A stretch of 64,000 nucleotides of DNA from Yuukianura sp. NJ FZ-2021 (taxonomy: Eukaryota), in the NCBI GenBank assembly GCA_046563655.1, contig CM102286.1, positions 2,976,001-3,040,000 of the forward strand, read 5' to 3'. Position numbers and translations under genes: made by a program. Numbering within the stretch: the first letter of the stretch is position 1; every line of letters begins with the position of its first letter. The notes beneath the pieces are model-generated. The model ran no database searches, was not told where the DNA came from, and saw only the letters and a list, made by a program, of their open reading frames with translations. Shown here one piece after another: positions 25,366-38,629 of this stretch.

Positions 25366-26643
25366 GCTGAAGTCGTCAACAGTATTGTTGTATTTAACAA
25401 CACTGTTTTGGTTTCATTCAAATGAAATAAAAATTGGCTGATCTTCAAAAAATTGAGAACTACTAATTGTGAAAAATTCACTTCCCAAACAGTGTAAATA
25501 CTTTGACCGTGTCTATTCTCGTTGTATTATATTTCTCGTGGCATTTGAACAATATAACATTGTATTGGAACATTCCAACACCGTTGCTCCACAAAATTTT
25601 TTTCGTATTGCTCCAAATTTTAGCATGTCGCATATTATTGAATTCGAGACAAGTCGATGTTAGCAATCAGTGCAATATCACAAATACGAATACAAAATAC
25701 AACCTAGCATGGTTGTGATATTTATACCTGGCTATGTTTGTGCACAAATTTTGCAAATGTGCCATTGCAATTAAGCACACCTTATCCATATGTAACTCAA
25801 GTGGCTTACTGTAAAACGAAATGTAAAACGAATGTGAAAGGAAAGAAAGGAAACAAAAGAAAACAAAAAGTGCACGAACAAAATTCAAGGCTCTTTGAAT
25901 ATAAAGATTTGGAAAAGAACTTAATCACTGTCTACTTCAATATTTTTGAAAAGTTAGAATACTTTTTCCTGCGTTTATGGTTTGAGCTGTTGTGCTTGTT
26001 ATAAGTTCAAAACCTGAATTGCCAATTCAAACTTTTGAACAATCATCAGTAGAAATTTCTCCCAACATTATGACGGTCAATACGACGGCAGACAAAGCGC
26101 ATTCCAAGTCCGACTTTTCCTCAATAAAGATACTATTTTTAGTGGCACTAAAAAATTAAATCTTTAAGAAAAGCAATTGTGAATAGTAATTCATCAATGA
26201 CATACGGTTTTGTGCATCCGGGGCCAGAGGGACTCAAATGACCAATTATTGGCACAGGATCCTAATCATAAAAAGTAAATAAAGGTAGAGTTGCAAGGAT
26301 TGAAATTGAACGCTCATGTCAAAATTTAATTTGCTTTGAATTGAACTGTTTTCGAAATTGAGCACCCCTAAAAATACCCCCTCCCGAGGCAGTTTTTATG
26401 GTGAGAATTTTTTAATAGTTTTCAGTACAATTCAAGAGGAAAATTAAGATCCATTCCCGTAGTGACTCAATGAGGTCAACATGATGGAACTTTACAAACG
26501 ATGACGAGTAGAACGGCACACACTTTTTAAGTTCAATCTGTCATTTGACTTTCAGTTAGACCAAATAAGCAAAGTTTGTCAATAAATGTCAACTCAAGTG
26601 ACTACTGCAAACTTAGTCTGGCTGGTCAGTTGCCACTAAAAAC

Positions 26644-27555
26644 ATGGGGAAAGTTGGAAGTCAAAGATTCAACTGCAGTGTCACAGTGACAATTGTGAAT
26701 TTAGTATTTTTCGTTATTTGTGGTGCCGCCAAAATTCAAAATCCGCCATTACTGTATTCATGTCAAACTGGGTTCAACTGTAAAGTAAGTCCGTTTTCAC
26801 AGCGGACAATTAACACCAATTTGGAACTTACGCCAAATCACTTACAACATTTTCAAAACATTCCTCGTCCCAGGTGAGTCGAAAATTTCAAATTACATTT
26901 ATTTTTAAAATTTTAGAAAAAAAAAAAAACTTCTTTTTTTTTAAACATTTTTAGTATCAATGCAAGGCAGCCCGTTTTCAACAACAAATCTGGAAAACGG
27001 AGGAAAACCAATTTAGCACAAATCGGTTCCCATGAAATTGCGCGCGTTGAAAAATGTGACGGCTATGAGAATTTTATGCACGACATTGAAATTGTGGCCG
27101 TGATTTTGACGTCAATTAGTTACTTCAAAGGCATTGTTGGGCTAATTCTGCACATTTTGAACCAAGCTTACATCTTCTTCAGTGTTTTCATGGTGGGCGG
27201 ACCAGAACGTCTTACATGGCTAATTGAACAAATTCGAGAACACACAATTGATCCAAATTTGCACAGAGTGATTGAATGGATTGGATTTCTGGACTATTTG
27301 GTGATCAAATTAGCGTCATTTCCTACTGGAAATGTTATTATTATACTTGGAGTTATTTCGCATGCGCTTGGTGGAATTTCACTTGGAATTGACTGGATGG
27401 TATCCTTCAAAGGGGAATTTAGAGACATGGTCCTTGGGGTCAGTGGGGTTGACCTTGAACGTGTTTTTGAAGGCTATGGATGCAATAACCCACTGGAACC
27501 AACGATCATTAGTGCATTTCAAAATATAATTAACTTGGTATCATCAGCGCTGTAG
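26644..27555 (+). CDS. Uncharacterised secreted or membrane protein, 2 exons
   Basis: Exons 26644-26873 and 26955-27555 join in frame. N-terminal hydrophobic segment, basic KRRK site, then hydrophobic/amphipathic helices. No family recognised. Confidence 0.65.
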
Positions 27556-27997
27556 TTTGTGCCAAAATTTAATATTAATACTTACTTAGCTTACAATAAA
27601 TTATACTTAAAATTATTTAAATAAATCATACTTTAATAAAAATTTCAAACCATTATTATTGTGTAAGTTGTTAGATGGTGCAGTGCAACCTCTAATATTT
27701 TCGGAACAACTTTTTTAATTTGCGGTTAAGTTTTGCGGTAATTGTTAATTGAGACCAAATTGATTAACTTTCGTTATGTACGGCGTGACTTTAATGAGGC
27801 TTTAAAGATGTCTCAAAAGCTATCTCCATGGTTGGCAAATTCATTTGGTCAGTATCGACGTTTCGTCTGAAATTGGATCACGTAAGCTGTATTTTCAAAT
27901 TGCTTTTACATATTTTGAAATAAACTGTCCATTCTTTGTTTTTTTGGAATTGTCAACTTTTTAAGTTTGAATTTTTAACAATTTTCGATTTCGTAGA

Positions 27998-28444
27998 ATG
28001 GCTACATTGACTGCAGCACAGAAAAAGGAGTTCTCAGAAGCGTTTTTGCTTTTCGACAAAGATGGAGATCACAAAATCAGTTCCAAGGAATTGGGCAGTG
28101 TCATGAAGTCACTGGGCCTCACACCTACAGACAAAGATTTGCTAGACATGATCAACGAAGTAGATGCAAATGCATCTGGAACGATTGAAGAACCAGAATT
28201 TCTGGAACTTATGGCCAAACACGTTGCGGCAACTGACACTGAAGAGGAAATGAAACAAGTTTTCAAAGTATTTGACGTTGGTAATGTCGGATACATTACG
28301 GCTGCAGAACTGCGTCACGTCATGGCCAATCTGGGAGAGAAAATGAGTCCGAGCGAACTCGATGAAATGATTGCTGCTGCAGATACAAGTGGAACGGGCA
28401 GAGTGAGCTACGAAGACTTTGTAACCATGGTAACGACAAAGTAA
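27998..28444 (+). CDS. Calmodulin-like protein (divergent, intronless CDS)
   Basis: 148 aa, four EF-hand repeats collinear with calmodulin ([45 protein letters not shown]). Confidence 0.92.
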   Translation: MATLTAAQKKEFSEAFLLFDKDGDHKISSKELGSVMKSLGLTPTDKDLLDMINEVDANASGTIEEPEFLELMAKHVAATDTEEEMKQVFKVFDVGNVGYITAAELRHVMANLGEKMSPSELDEMIAAADTSGTGRVSYEDFVTMVTTK

Positions 28445-29155
28445 ATTTTTCAAAAATCACATATCACAAAATTAATTTTATCCAAAAAATTGAAAATAAA
28501 CCAAATGCGAGAGACTTTACAAAAACTGAAACAAAAACACGACGTTTCAATTTCTTTGTATTTTTGGAACAGAAATGTGTGCTAAATAATTAATGCCGGG
28601 CGGTAGTTTATTTACTTACATTGTACATGTGTGCATACTTAATTTGTGAAATTAATATAAATTTAGGTTTTATGATATAAGTTAGTATTACTATTTTAAC
28701 CCCGTAGATTCAACATTTTATTGTAATGTTGAAATTGTTGGACAGGTTACGTGACAGGCCAATTGCATATGATCCAAGTAGGCTGTAAATGTTCATTTAT
28801 ACGGACAGGTCTTCCTTGTGAAAGATTATTACTCCAGAAAATCAAGAAATTAACAGTGTAAAAGTTAACTTCTAAACCTCCAAATACATAATCGACACAA
28901 CCAAATAAACGTAAAAAGCTGATGCATTTTTCGCAGTGTAACTGCAGAATTAGTACCCTGTGAAGCAAGACTTACATCACAACCTTTTTTTCTGCGTAGC
29001 ATATTGTTTTAAAAAGTTACTTTTCGCGTAATTTGGTTAAATTGAAACTGTTAATTATCGCTTGGCGCAACAATTTAATGCAACAGCACACTTCCAATGT
29101 GATATATTAATTAATATGGAATTGAGTATTACTTCAGCATGCTAACAATAATGTT

Positions 29156-30435
29156 TTAACTTATTTGAGTTGTCGGTACAGGGTGATTGCGGAAAGTAAG
29201 AAGTAAATTAATTGTAGTCATCATAATGACAGTGATGAAAGTGTTTAAACAAAATGCTCTGTCTTGAATTCTAAATAGAGGACCAACGCAAAACGAAACT
29301 TTTTTAAAAGACTTGAGTCTCTTTCGCTGCCATTTAGTTTGTTCTGATTGGATACGCTTTGCGCATGCGTAAAATCGCTCCGAGTTGACTGAAATATTTA
29401 CACAAAGTTGCAGAACAATAAAATTTATCAAAGTAAGGCCAATGTCAACTACAACAAAAATGAGTAAAATGATTGGGTTCATTTTAAATAAAAATTTGAT
29501 GACTGCAAATGAAAGTGAAATGGTAAAGACTAAAATGCCAAAGTAGACCAGAACCATCCAGGAGTATATGAACTCGGAAAAGGCGGCCATGAATACCTGA
29601 ATATGTCGGTACAGCATGAGCAGTTTAGCTCGTTCAAGTCTACTTTCGCCGAACAATTTGTGATGATTTGTCATGCGCTTGAACCAGGTTGAGAGAGCAA
29701 AGAATGTGAAAATGGCTGTCATGAATGCTACTCCACTCCAAAAAATCGTGACGTTGAATACGGTAACGGTAAGAGTAAGTCCGAGCCAAAGACCAATTCT
29801 GTCTATTGGAAATACGGTTGATGCAAATACTTTCAGGAAACGGATTAAGAAAAAGTCCAGAAATGTTGTCAACCACATGCAAAAAGGCTGAAGAACAAAA
29901 AATATTTTCCACTGTAGCACGCCTGCGTCAACTACTTTTTTCATTAACGCATCAGTTTCAGCGGAGGGATTCCCCAGTATCTCTCCTGTAAGTGCGGAAA
30001 GTCTAATGTTTGTTCTAATTTCGATTTTTGTTCAAAATTTTCTGAACACGAATTGTAGTGCACTCAAAAAATAAAATTTCACTTACGTGACCTTTGACCC
30101 AACCGGAAAAGTTCGTCGATGAGCCTAATGTTTCCTTTGATGGTAAGTCCGTACATGTACTGAGAGTGGCCACAGAATACCATCATTTCGAAGAAAGCCA
30201 AATCAAACAAAAAGTAAACAATGTTGTGGGCATCAGCAACTAATTGGAGAAAAAAAAGTAGTAACAGCAAGGAAAAAAATAAGGCGCTGACAACATTTGA
30301 GCACAGAACAGCCTTGTCTTGCGTTGTTACCAACTCCATTACCCAAGTTGACGTGCTCCATGTCAACTTGTAGCTCGATATTTTGAGCTTTTGACCCAGC
30401 TCCAAATACTTGGCGTACTCCTGTAGATACGACAT
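29156..30435 (-). CDS. Multi-pass chemoreceptor-like (GR superfamily) protein, 2 exons
   Basis: Exons 30435-30087 and 29985-29156 join in frame. About 7 hydrophobic helices; C-terminal KRLKSFKKVSFCVGPLF...TTINLLLTF. Confidence 0.65.
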
Positions 30436-31547
30436 TTTCAAAAAGTCAGTTTGTCAAGCTCAAATTTATCCGAGTATAGACTGAAAACTTTTTTTGAACT
30501 AGAAAGCTTATTTAACAAAAATCAATTCCAACGGGTACTGAAGCCTTTATTTTTTTACAGCGGGTTTTAGGGAATAGCTGGTGAATACCTGTTGACAACA
30601 AGTAATGAGTTTTAACTTATTTTACAGAACCAATTTTATTTAGTCAATTTTTTCGTCTTAATTTCATTCTAATTCCTCCCATTTCAAGTTTTTTGAAAAC
30701 TGTTTTTTTTTATTAAAAAGCATTCCTTAGCAATAATTTCAAAATAAGGTAAATTATTAAATGCAAATTTGGACCTTGAACGTTCATAGTTTACCCTGGA
30801 AATGACGTCTTTGCGGTTTCCAATAAAGCAGATTAGTAGAGGTTGTCGCCATGCACGGTGAACAGGTAAAAGTATAATAATAATCGGACCAACTACCACA
30901 ATTAACTAATTGTGGGTACGACAGTTTGACTACGGAAATGATTAACTTTTCACGTGAAGTAAATTTTAAGTTACGTTTTAGTTCTTTATTCACTTTTTTT
31001 CGAATTTGTGCGAGAAAGCTTGCTCGCATCGAATGATGGCTAATCAGCATACCTGCCATAAATATTTAGCTTCCATAGCTGTAATGCTAACAAAATCAAT
31101 ATTTCTGGCCTATTTGTCACTAAATATGTTCTATTTACCCATTCTCTTAATGTTAAACTCGTAAATATTTCGAGCTTTTCAGCAGTTATTGTATTTATTT
31201 ATTTAAATATGTCGCTAGTTTTTAGTAAATATTTTGAAAGGCCTGCTAATTAGTCAAAAAATCATAAATTTCGAAAAGAAAAAGCTGCAATTTCTTTCAC
31301 ATTTTTAGATTTACAATTCTCCAAACGTTTCTACGACGTGAATTGCAATTGACGGGATTTGCATTGTTGGTTACGGTTATGATAGGTACATGCCACTAAT
31401 GCACTTAATTCAATTCAAAAACGCTGATAAAAGTGGTTTCATGCACAGCGGTTGATATTTAAACCATGTTCCAAAAAATACTTTCAAAGTTTTACCTGTT
31501 AGACTTTGCCTCCTTACACAACAGACTTAAGACACACAGGGAAAAAA

Positions 31548-32391
31548 ATGAATTTCTTTTTGCTACTTTCTCTAGTGGCTTGTGTGAGAAGTCAAGTGCA
31601 AACTCAGAGTTACACGGTAAAGGTTTTAATACAAATAAATTGCAGTAATTTGACAATTTAAATTTAATTTTGATAATAATAAAGGCATTTACAATTCGTT
31701 TGTTGTAGATGACCACTAAGGAAATTCAACTTCCAGCACAAGTTCAATATCAACCAGTTACTGTCGTAAGTTTCGAAATGTTCAAAAACTTACGTTTACG
31801 AACTGCATGTTTCAAGCTTATAATCTTTCAAATTTTGTTTAGACACGAACCGTCGAGACTGTACCCTCTGGAACCATCCGGGTCGTGGTTAAGAATTTTG
31901 AGTTTTGAGTTTCACTAAAATTTTAAAAGAAAAGTGCCGTTGAAAAAATTGTGACTTTAAATTCGCAGGTAAATGGACAAGGTCAGCAACAGCAAACGGG
32001 AGGTAATGGTGTCCTGATTGGAACAACTGTGACGGAAAACAACGACGCCAACGCACAACTTGAACTGCAAATCCAACAGGAAAAACAAAGACAACAACAA
32101 CTCGCGCTACAACTTGAGCAGCAAAAGCTGCAACAGGAGCAGCTCCAACTTCAACTGCAAAAGGATCAACTTCAAAATGAACAACTCAAAGAAACAGTTG
32201 CTGCCGACAGTGAACAAGGAAACTGCATTAAGCTTCATGGTCGATGCAACGCAGTTGCTGCCGTCAATATTTTTGCAAAAGATCAATGCTGCAAACCATA
32301 TCACTGCGAATTGTCTCTCTTCGAAGGCATCCTCTGGCCAACTTTTGCATGCACCAACATTGCAACGAAACTAGGAATTGCAGGGCAATAA
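31548..32391 (+). CDS. Secreted Gln-rich protein with C-terminal six-Cys knottin-like domain, paralogue A
   Basis: Exons 31548-31616, 31709-31765, 31843-31887, 31969-32391 (all phase 0). MNFFLLLSLVACVRS signal, Q/L/E coiled coil, then CIKLHGRCNAVAAVNIFAKDQCCKPYHCELSLFEGILWPTFAC. Confidence 0.8.
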
Positions 32392-32815
32392 ACTGATCTG
32401 GTTTCTGCGTTCCTATTAGAATAATATTTTTTTAAATTTTGGTTCGCATTCTTTTCAACATTTCGCTCGAGACAATTAGTTCTAAATTTTGTTTTGATAA
32501 AAATTTGTGAAAATCCTGCAAACCTAGCAGCTATTTTGCAAACGTTTTCACTTTCACGGACGAAACTTCCGGAACTCTTCCAGAGATAACCTGAAAAATT
32601 TCATAAATGAATCATTAGTGGTTGGAATTTGACCTATTCAATTAATTTAGTTAATTTTTCAATACCGCAATTGGCAAGTCAATTAACAAATTTAATTTGT
32701 AGATTTGATTAAAAAGAGGTTATATACTAAGGGATAAATTTCTTAGAAAATTATACTTAACACTTTCGTTGCTGCATCGTTGTGAGCCACTGAAAAGTTA
32801 CTTTCCATTCCAACA

Positions 32816-33626
32816 ATGCATTCAATTTGTATTTTGCTCTTGACGGCTTGCGCTGCCACTTCAGCTACCACTACAATTTACACGGTAAAGAAATTTGCAT
32901 AATTTTGTTGGCACAATTAATAACACGTTTTATTCGAAGCGCACCGAGCAATTCACATTGCATGTTTGTTTAACCTTCTTCTAAAGAAGGAATTACAGAA
33001 CTATTTAACGAATTACTTTAAACTTGTTTGTTTTAAATGTTAACAAATTAACATTGGAACAATGATTGTAGACAAAGGAGACGCACACGCACACGGTGCC
33101 TGCTGGCCAAATTCAAGTCACGGTATGTGCTAGGTTATGACTTTAATTCTTTCAATGGACTCTGATTTCTGATAAAAGTTTTTGCCTGATACAGATTGAC
33201 TCTCAAAACAACGGTGGAAACTGGATTGGCGGCACTCAAACGACCATTAATAGCCAGCAACAACAACTTCTCCAACTGCAACTTGAAGCGGAACGACAAA
33301 GACAATTACAATTGGAAAGCCAAAAACAAAATCCCCAACAGAGTCAATTCGAACTGCACCTCCAGAAACAAAACCAAAATAGTAAGTTGACTGGCGGCGG
33401 AAGTGGCGATGGCAATTTCCTCTCTGAAAATCCCGGTAAAGATGAAGATGGTGGCAACTGCATTAAACTACACGGGCGATGCAACGCTGTAGCTGCCGTC
33501 AATGTTTTTGCGAAAGGTCAATGCTGCAAACCATACCACTGCGAATTGTCTCTCTTCGAAGGCATCCTCTGGCCCACTTTTGCATGCACCAACATTGCAA
33601 CCAAATTGGGAATGGCAGGACAGTAA
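32816..33626 (+). CDS. Secreted Gln-rich protein with C-terminal six-Cys knottin-like domain, paralogue B
   Basis: Exons 32816-32884 (MHSICILLLTACAATSA...), 33072-33122, 33195-33626. Cys domain nearly identical to paralogue A. Confidence 0.8.
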
Positions 33627-34303
33627 AAAGAATTGCACAAAATTTGAGTCGGAAATTTCAACGGGGTTACATATTCGGGACGCCTCAAAAATTTTCATTT
33701 GTAAAAAGCATATTTAACTCGCAGTACAATAAATTCGACTTTGAATTCCAAATTCACACGATGTACCACACTTCAGAGAAGACGTTTTTAAGCAGGATTA
33801 CTTAACAAAAATTAATAACACCAAATTAAATTTTTGTATAAATTGATCCTTGAAGTTGGCAATGCATTCGGGGACGACGCATTTTAAAATTTTCATTTTT
33901 CAAGATTAATTGGCCGTTGCAATTTTTTTGGAATGACATCATAAAACTCCAATTGCGCCAAACTAAATCTCACCAAAGTTTTGCACAAGAGTGTGAAATG
34001 TTGGTGAAAACTTTTTTGTCTTTGGTGGAAGGTTATAAGCATTAAGGTCGAAACTGCTATTGTTGAGATGGTAAAACAATCTGTGCTTTATGGCTAATCT
34101 TGAAGGAAATCTAAACCCTATTTTTCCTTCAGGATTTAAAAACAATGAGAACCTAATTTTTTTTTACAAAAATTTGCGAATGCGCATTGATATTTCGCAT
34201 GGTTTCAGAGTTTTCTTTACAATGAAAACTTACAATTCATTTTTGACCAAAAAGGAATACGCTTGTTAAGTTTTAGTAATTAATTGTTAACTGAAAAGGC
34301 AAC

Positions 34304-35802
34304 ATGGGTTCTACTTTCAAGTTGATATTTTTAGCCGCAAGTGCGATAATTTGTTTTCTGTCAGAAGTAGTCTATGCACAAGATACTTACACAGCCAAGG
34401 AACTCGAACTACTTCCAAAAGTAATTTGTATTTGAAATATTTTTAAACATTTAAAGAAACTTAATACAAAGCTTTTTTTGTTAGTTTCGAGAATTGGTTG
34501 GACATGCTATTACGCAGGAATACATGAAGGAGAATAAATATCTAATTCGATTTTTGAGAGGTACATTTTACATTTTAATTTTACTTAAGATATTTACCAG
34601 TTTTGGAATTCATTTACAAAAGTCTTGCCTAGCTCGACATCTAAATTTGAAAGAAGCGGAACAAATGATACTTGAGGTGAGAAGTGGCAATTACAGCATG
34701 AATGCTAATCAACTACTGAAAACTACATATATTTTACTCTGTTGCTTTTTACTTTAACTTCCAGCATTTTCAACATCGAAAGGAATATGACATTGACAAT
34801 ATTTTGAAGCGTGATTTTTCATACTACGAGAAGCGCTACCCCTTACTCTTTTCTGTAGACAAGCTAGGACGTCCAGGTTACAAGCATAATGTGCAAAATT
34901 TTCGGAATTTTTATAAGTTCGAATTGTGATAAAAATTCGTTAAATCGGCAAATTTGTAGCGTCCTCTTCGGCCATTGGACTACTCGATCCACGCAAACTT
35001 CTTTTGAATGGAAAATATGATGACTTGCGTGACTACTTCACATATCTGTTCGAAATTGGTAAGGTTTTAAACATATTTTTGGAACTTAGAAAAAAAACGT
35101 TATTATTTAAAACTTTTTCGAATTACAATAGTAGAGATTTGTTTCTAGGTATTCAACGGTTACATAAAGTTTCCAATGAAACTGGAAAGGAATTTATTTC
35201 AGCGTACTTGGTTGCTGACATGTCAGGATTCAACATTCGCACTCATGGCTGCTTGCCTTGTACAATATGAACAAATGTTACAATTTGCATGAACATGATG
35301 TTTTTAGGCATGTTTTTATCTATGCATTTATGTGTTGAATTTCTCAATTTACAGGTATTGCAGGATGGATTGAAATTGCACAAGGGTATGAACGCAACTA
35401 TCCGCAACTTGCACATAAAATAATTGTCGTCAACAGTAAGAAACAAAAGCTCTTATTCTAAAGCAGTTTAACTTAAGTTCATATTTGGAATGCTAATTCT
35501 GAAACAATTGTTTTTTCTTAAACAGCTCCAAGGCTATTTGAAACGTAAACTTTCCAATTTATGAATTTTCAAAAATTGAAAAGAGTTTTGTTTTAAATTT
35601 AAAGTCATTTCTTATTGTTATTAGGGTATTCCAAATCCTCCGACCGCTTATTTCAGGCCACACAGTTGACGCCATTTTGTTGTTTGGTTATGATCGAGGC
35701 GAATGGGAAAAAGTTTTGTTCAAACTGTTTGACCGGAATCAGTTACTACCCGAACTGGGCGGAACAGCCCGTTTCTCAAGTGTGAAATCCACAAAGCAAT
35801 AA
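34304..35802 (+). CDS. SEC14/CRAL-TRIO lipid-binding protein with signal peptide, multi-exon
   Basis: YLIRFLRAR..NLKEAEQMI, VDKLGRP, VADMSGFN, YERNYPQLAHKIIVVN, FQILRPLIS, LLPELGG; N-terminus MGSTFKLIFLAASAIICFLSEVVYA. Confidence 0.85.
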
Positions 35803-36076
35803 AAATGTGTTTTTCTCTGCAATTTTGTATTTAAACCTTAAAAAACATGTAGCTTAAAAACAGCTAAAAATATTAAAATATTTCATCATAGTGGTACCAA
35901 ACCTCACGAGTACACAGCTACCTTCAGATGACAATTTATTGAATTACTATGCATAACGTGTGAATTGAATAAACTGCTTTTCTGAAATTTTATTTTTAAT
36001 AAGCCGTTGTATGCTGTATTGACCTTGCAACTTTAAATTTTAAACTCTATTCCAAACTACGACGTTGGGCAGCTGT

Positions 36077-37478
36077 TTACTGTGTTCCCATAAGTACAAA
36101 TGCAATACCGCGTACAATGTTGTCCATTAAGGTCAACTTGGCTTCTGCTTCCATGTGATAAAACCCGCCAATCTGACATTTCAAGACTGGTTGACTCTTC
36201 ACCAATTTACGCATGTATTGGCGTTTCTCGCGTAAGCAGATATGAGTCTCCAAGGCTACTGATGCATTTCGTCGGAAATTTACACTCGTGTTGTACACTG
36301 CGGACATCATAATTGCTCCCGGCGGAACAATGGCCATTACAAAACCAAAGAACAAAATAAATGCCACGTAAAGAAATGGTGAGATTCGATTGCGCAAACG
36401 CACAATACAGTACGCTGCAACGTAAAATGTGGCAAAAGCCCCCAACTTAACTGTTGGAATGAAAACGGAGCCGTAGACGGTGTTGTGCAAGTCCGTCAGT
36501 ACACGCATGATGCTGTAAACCTTTGCATTGTCCTGAAGCTTCAGTCGCTTCTGCGAAGAATGGTTTTGAAAATCCGCGGATGCGCGTGAAAATTTCAACG
36601 GCCACTCCAAACTAAACAAAAATTGCATGTTTAAGTTACAAATATAAGAAATTTTTAAATTATATTAACTTTACATATTCCAAGTATGTACCAGCACTTA
36701 AGCTAGCATTACCAGTGTGCTGTAAGTATGTGCCACATATATACCAACATTACCAGTATAGTGTAAGTATACACCAACGTACATGCCAGCATTATAATGG
36801 TAAGTACACATACCAGCATTTTTTGAGCCAAAATGTTATGACCAATAGGGAAGGAACAAACGTAGCCATGAAAATGATTGTATCATGGCCAAGGTACAAT
36901 ACCGAGAAGACGACGCATGGTCCGTAGACGCTCAGTTCTTTTGCATTCAAAATTTGGAAACTTGGAGCTAAGTTTGCTACCACGTGTGCAAGTGCAGTCG
37001 GTGGCAAAATGGCAATAAAGGCGGCAAAGAAGTGTTCCCGTCCTTTAGTTTTTGGTTTTTCTCCAAACTCGTATTCTCCTTTAAAAAAACGTTTGCTGTC
37101 ATAGCTTTAAAAAAGAATGTATGGCGTTAGCATTGACTTACTCATGAACACGTTGACCTGAAGAAGGTTGTTAACCAGACTAACAAGTTCAGCGGAGTAG
37201 CGAAGCATAGCAATTCGAAATATAATGCCAGTATATCCAGCAAATAGTAGGAATGAGAAGATTATTTGTGTTTGGATTTCGGAATTTTGAATTTGGGTCA
37301 AGAAAAACAAACTGTTTGAAATTTGAATTGCAAATACCAATACATTGCACATCCAAATTTTCATACTTGGTAAAGCCTTTATAACTTTGTTGTCACGATA
37401 TGCAATTGGGCCCAAATTAAAATCACTGACAATTTGAAGAACTTTTTTCAAAATTTTGACCTCCATTGACGACAGCAT
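36077..37478 (-). CDS. Multi-pass chemoreceptor-like (GR superfamily) protein, about 3 exons
   Basis: Hydrophobic ORFs 37478-37107, 37007-36792 and 36628-36077 are bounded by splice sites. C-terminal KLVKSQPVLKCQIGGFY... resembles the 29-30 kb gene. Confidence 0.65.
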
Positions 37479-38253
37479 TATTTAAAGTGTTCGTAACAAA
37501 ATTTTTACTTTTTTTTTATTTTGAAACGCTTGGTGAGGCAATCGAAACTCTTCTAACAAATTTAAAATCATTTCCACTTTCTTTATTCTTAAAAAAAGAA
37601 AAAACATGTTCAAAATATATGCCTTCTTGCATGTTTTTTTTTTCGATTCCACACTTTCTATGTCTAAATTCAAAAATAATTTTCATACCCCCATCTTAAT
37701 TTTGAAATTACAGAAAATTTGGGTGGAAATTTAAACTGGAAGGTAAAAAAAACTACGAATCAAATATTCACGCAATTCATAACAACGGTCACAAACCGCC
37801 AATTTCTTAGTTTGAAAAAAGTGTTGTTTTTTCCAAAACAATTTTGAAATTATGGATATAATAATTCTGAGCTCGGTTTGCGAAACCATTATTTAAACTT
37901 TTTGTAACAAAATTTTAGTTTTTTTTTTAATTTTGAAATGCTTCGTGAGGCAATGTAAACACACCTACAAAATCAAAATCGTCTTCGCCTTATTCTTGTT
38001 TAAGGAGGAAAAAAGAATATTTCTAGTTTTTTTTTTTTAGTTTCCACACTTTCTGTGTCTAAATCCAGAAATAATTTTGATAACCCAACCTTAGTTTTTA
38101 AATTACGGAAAATTTAGGTGGAAAGTAAAACTGGAAGGTGAGAAAGTTCGAATCGAACACTAGTGAAATTCATAATAATGGTCACAAACCGCCAATTTCG
38201 TAATTTGAAAAAAGGTGTTGTTTTTTTCCACAACACTTTTGAAATTTTAGATA
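37476..38253. repeat. Diverged tandem direct repeat (2 copies of about 370-385 bp) immediately upstream of the chemoreceptor-like gene
   Basis: CATTATTTAAA, GTGAGGCAAT, TTCCACACTTTCT..GTCTAAAT, GGTGGAAA...ACTGGAAGGT and GGTCACAAACCGCCAATTTC each recur about 410 bp apart. Confidence 0.85.
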
Positions 38254-38629
38254 ATTGTTAGTTTAGTTTGTGCTACAATTAATACTAAATGCATTAAAGC
38301 GCGTTGGTGTTACCTAGCCTAACTGAAGCTACACATGTATTTCAAACGATAGCAAGGAATAAGTTAAGAACAAGAAGTAGGTATGAATTTTCAAACAATC
38401 AAAATACTGATTCAAGTTTGGTTGTCGCCGTTGTCGTTTGGAATTTGTAAACAACTCTTCTCCGACTCCTTACTTTAATTTTTTGTTTAAAACTATACAA
38501 TTTGATTATTTTTTGATTTTGTAGGAATGACTTTCTTAGACACTCAAAGGTTTACTTAAACTTGTTTTTTCACAGGCGATTTGTATACCCCACGCCGTAG
38601 AATGAACTATGTGTACTGAATTTGATTCC

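Larger units (their letters stand above)
22250..25660 (+). repeat. Tandem segmental duplication (about 22250-23910 and 23918-25660), including upstream and downstream non-coding DNA
   Basis: Shared blocks occur twice: CTACTGAAATAGTGATGTCAAGTT, TTTTCTTCAACCACAAAATGATTACCGG, TATTGAATTCGAGACAAGTCGAT, plus introns. Confidence 0.9.
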
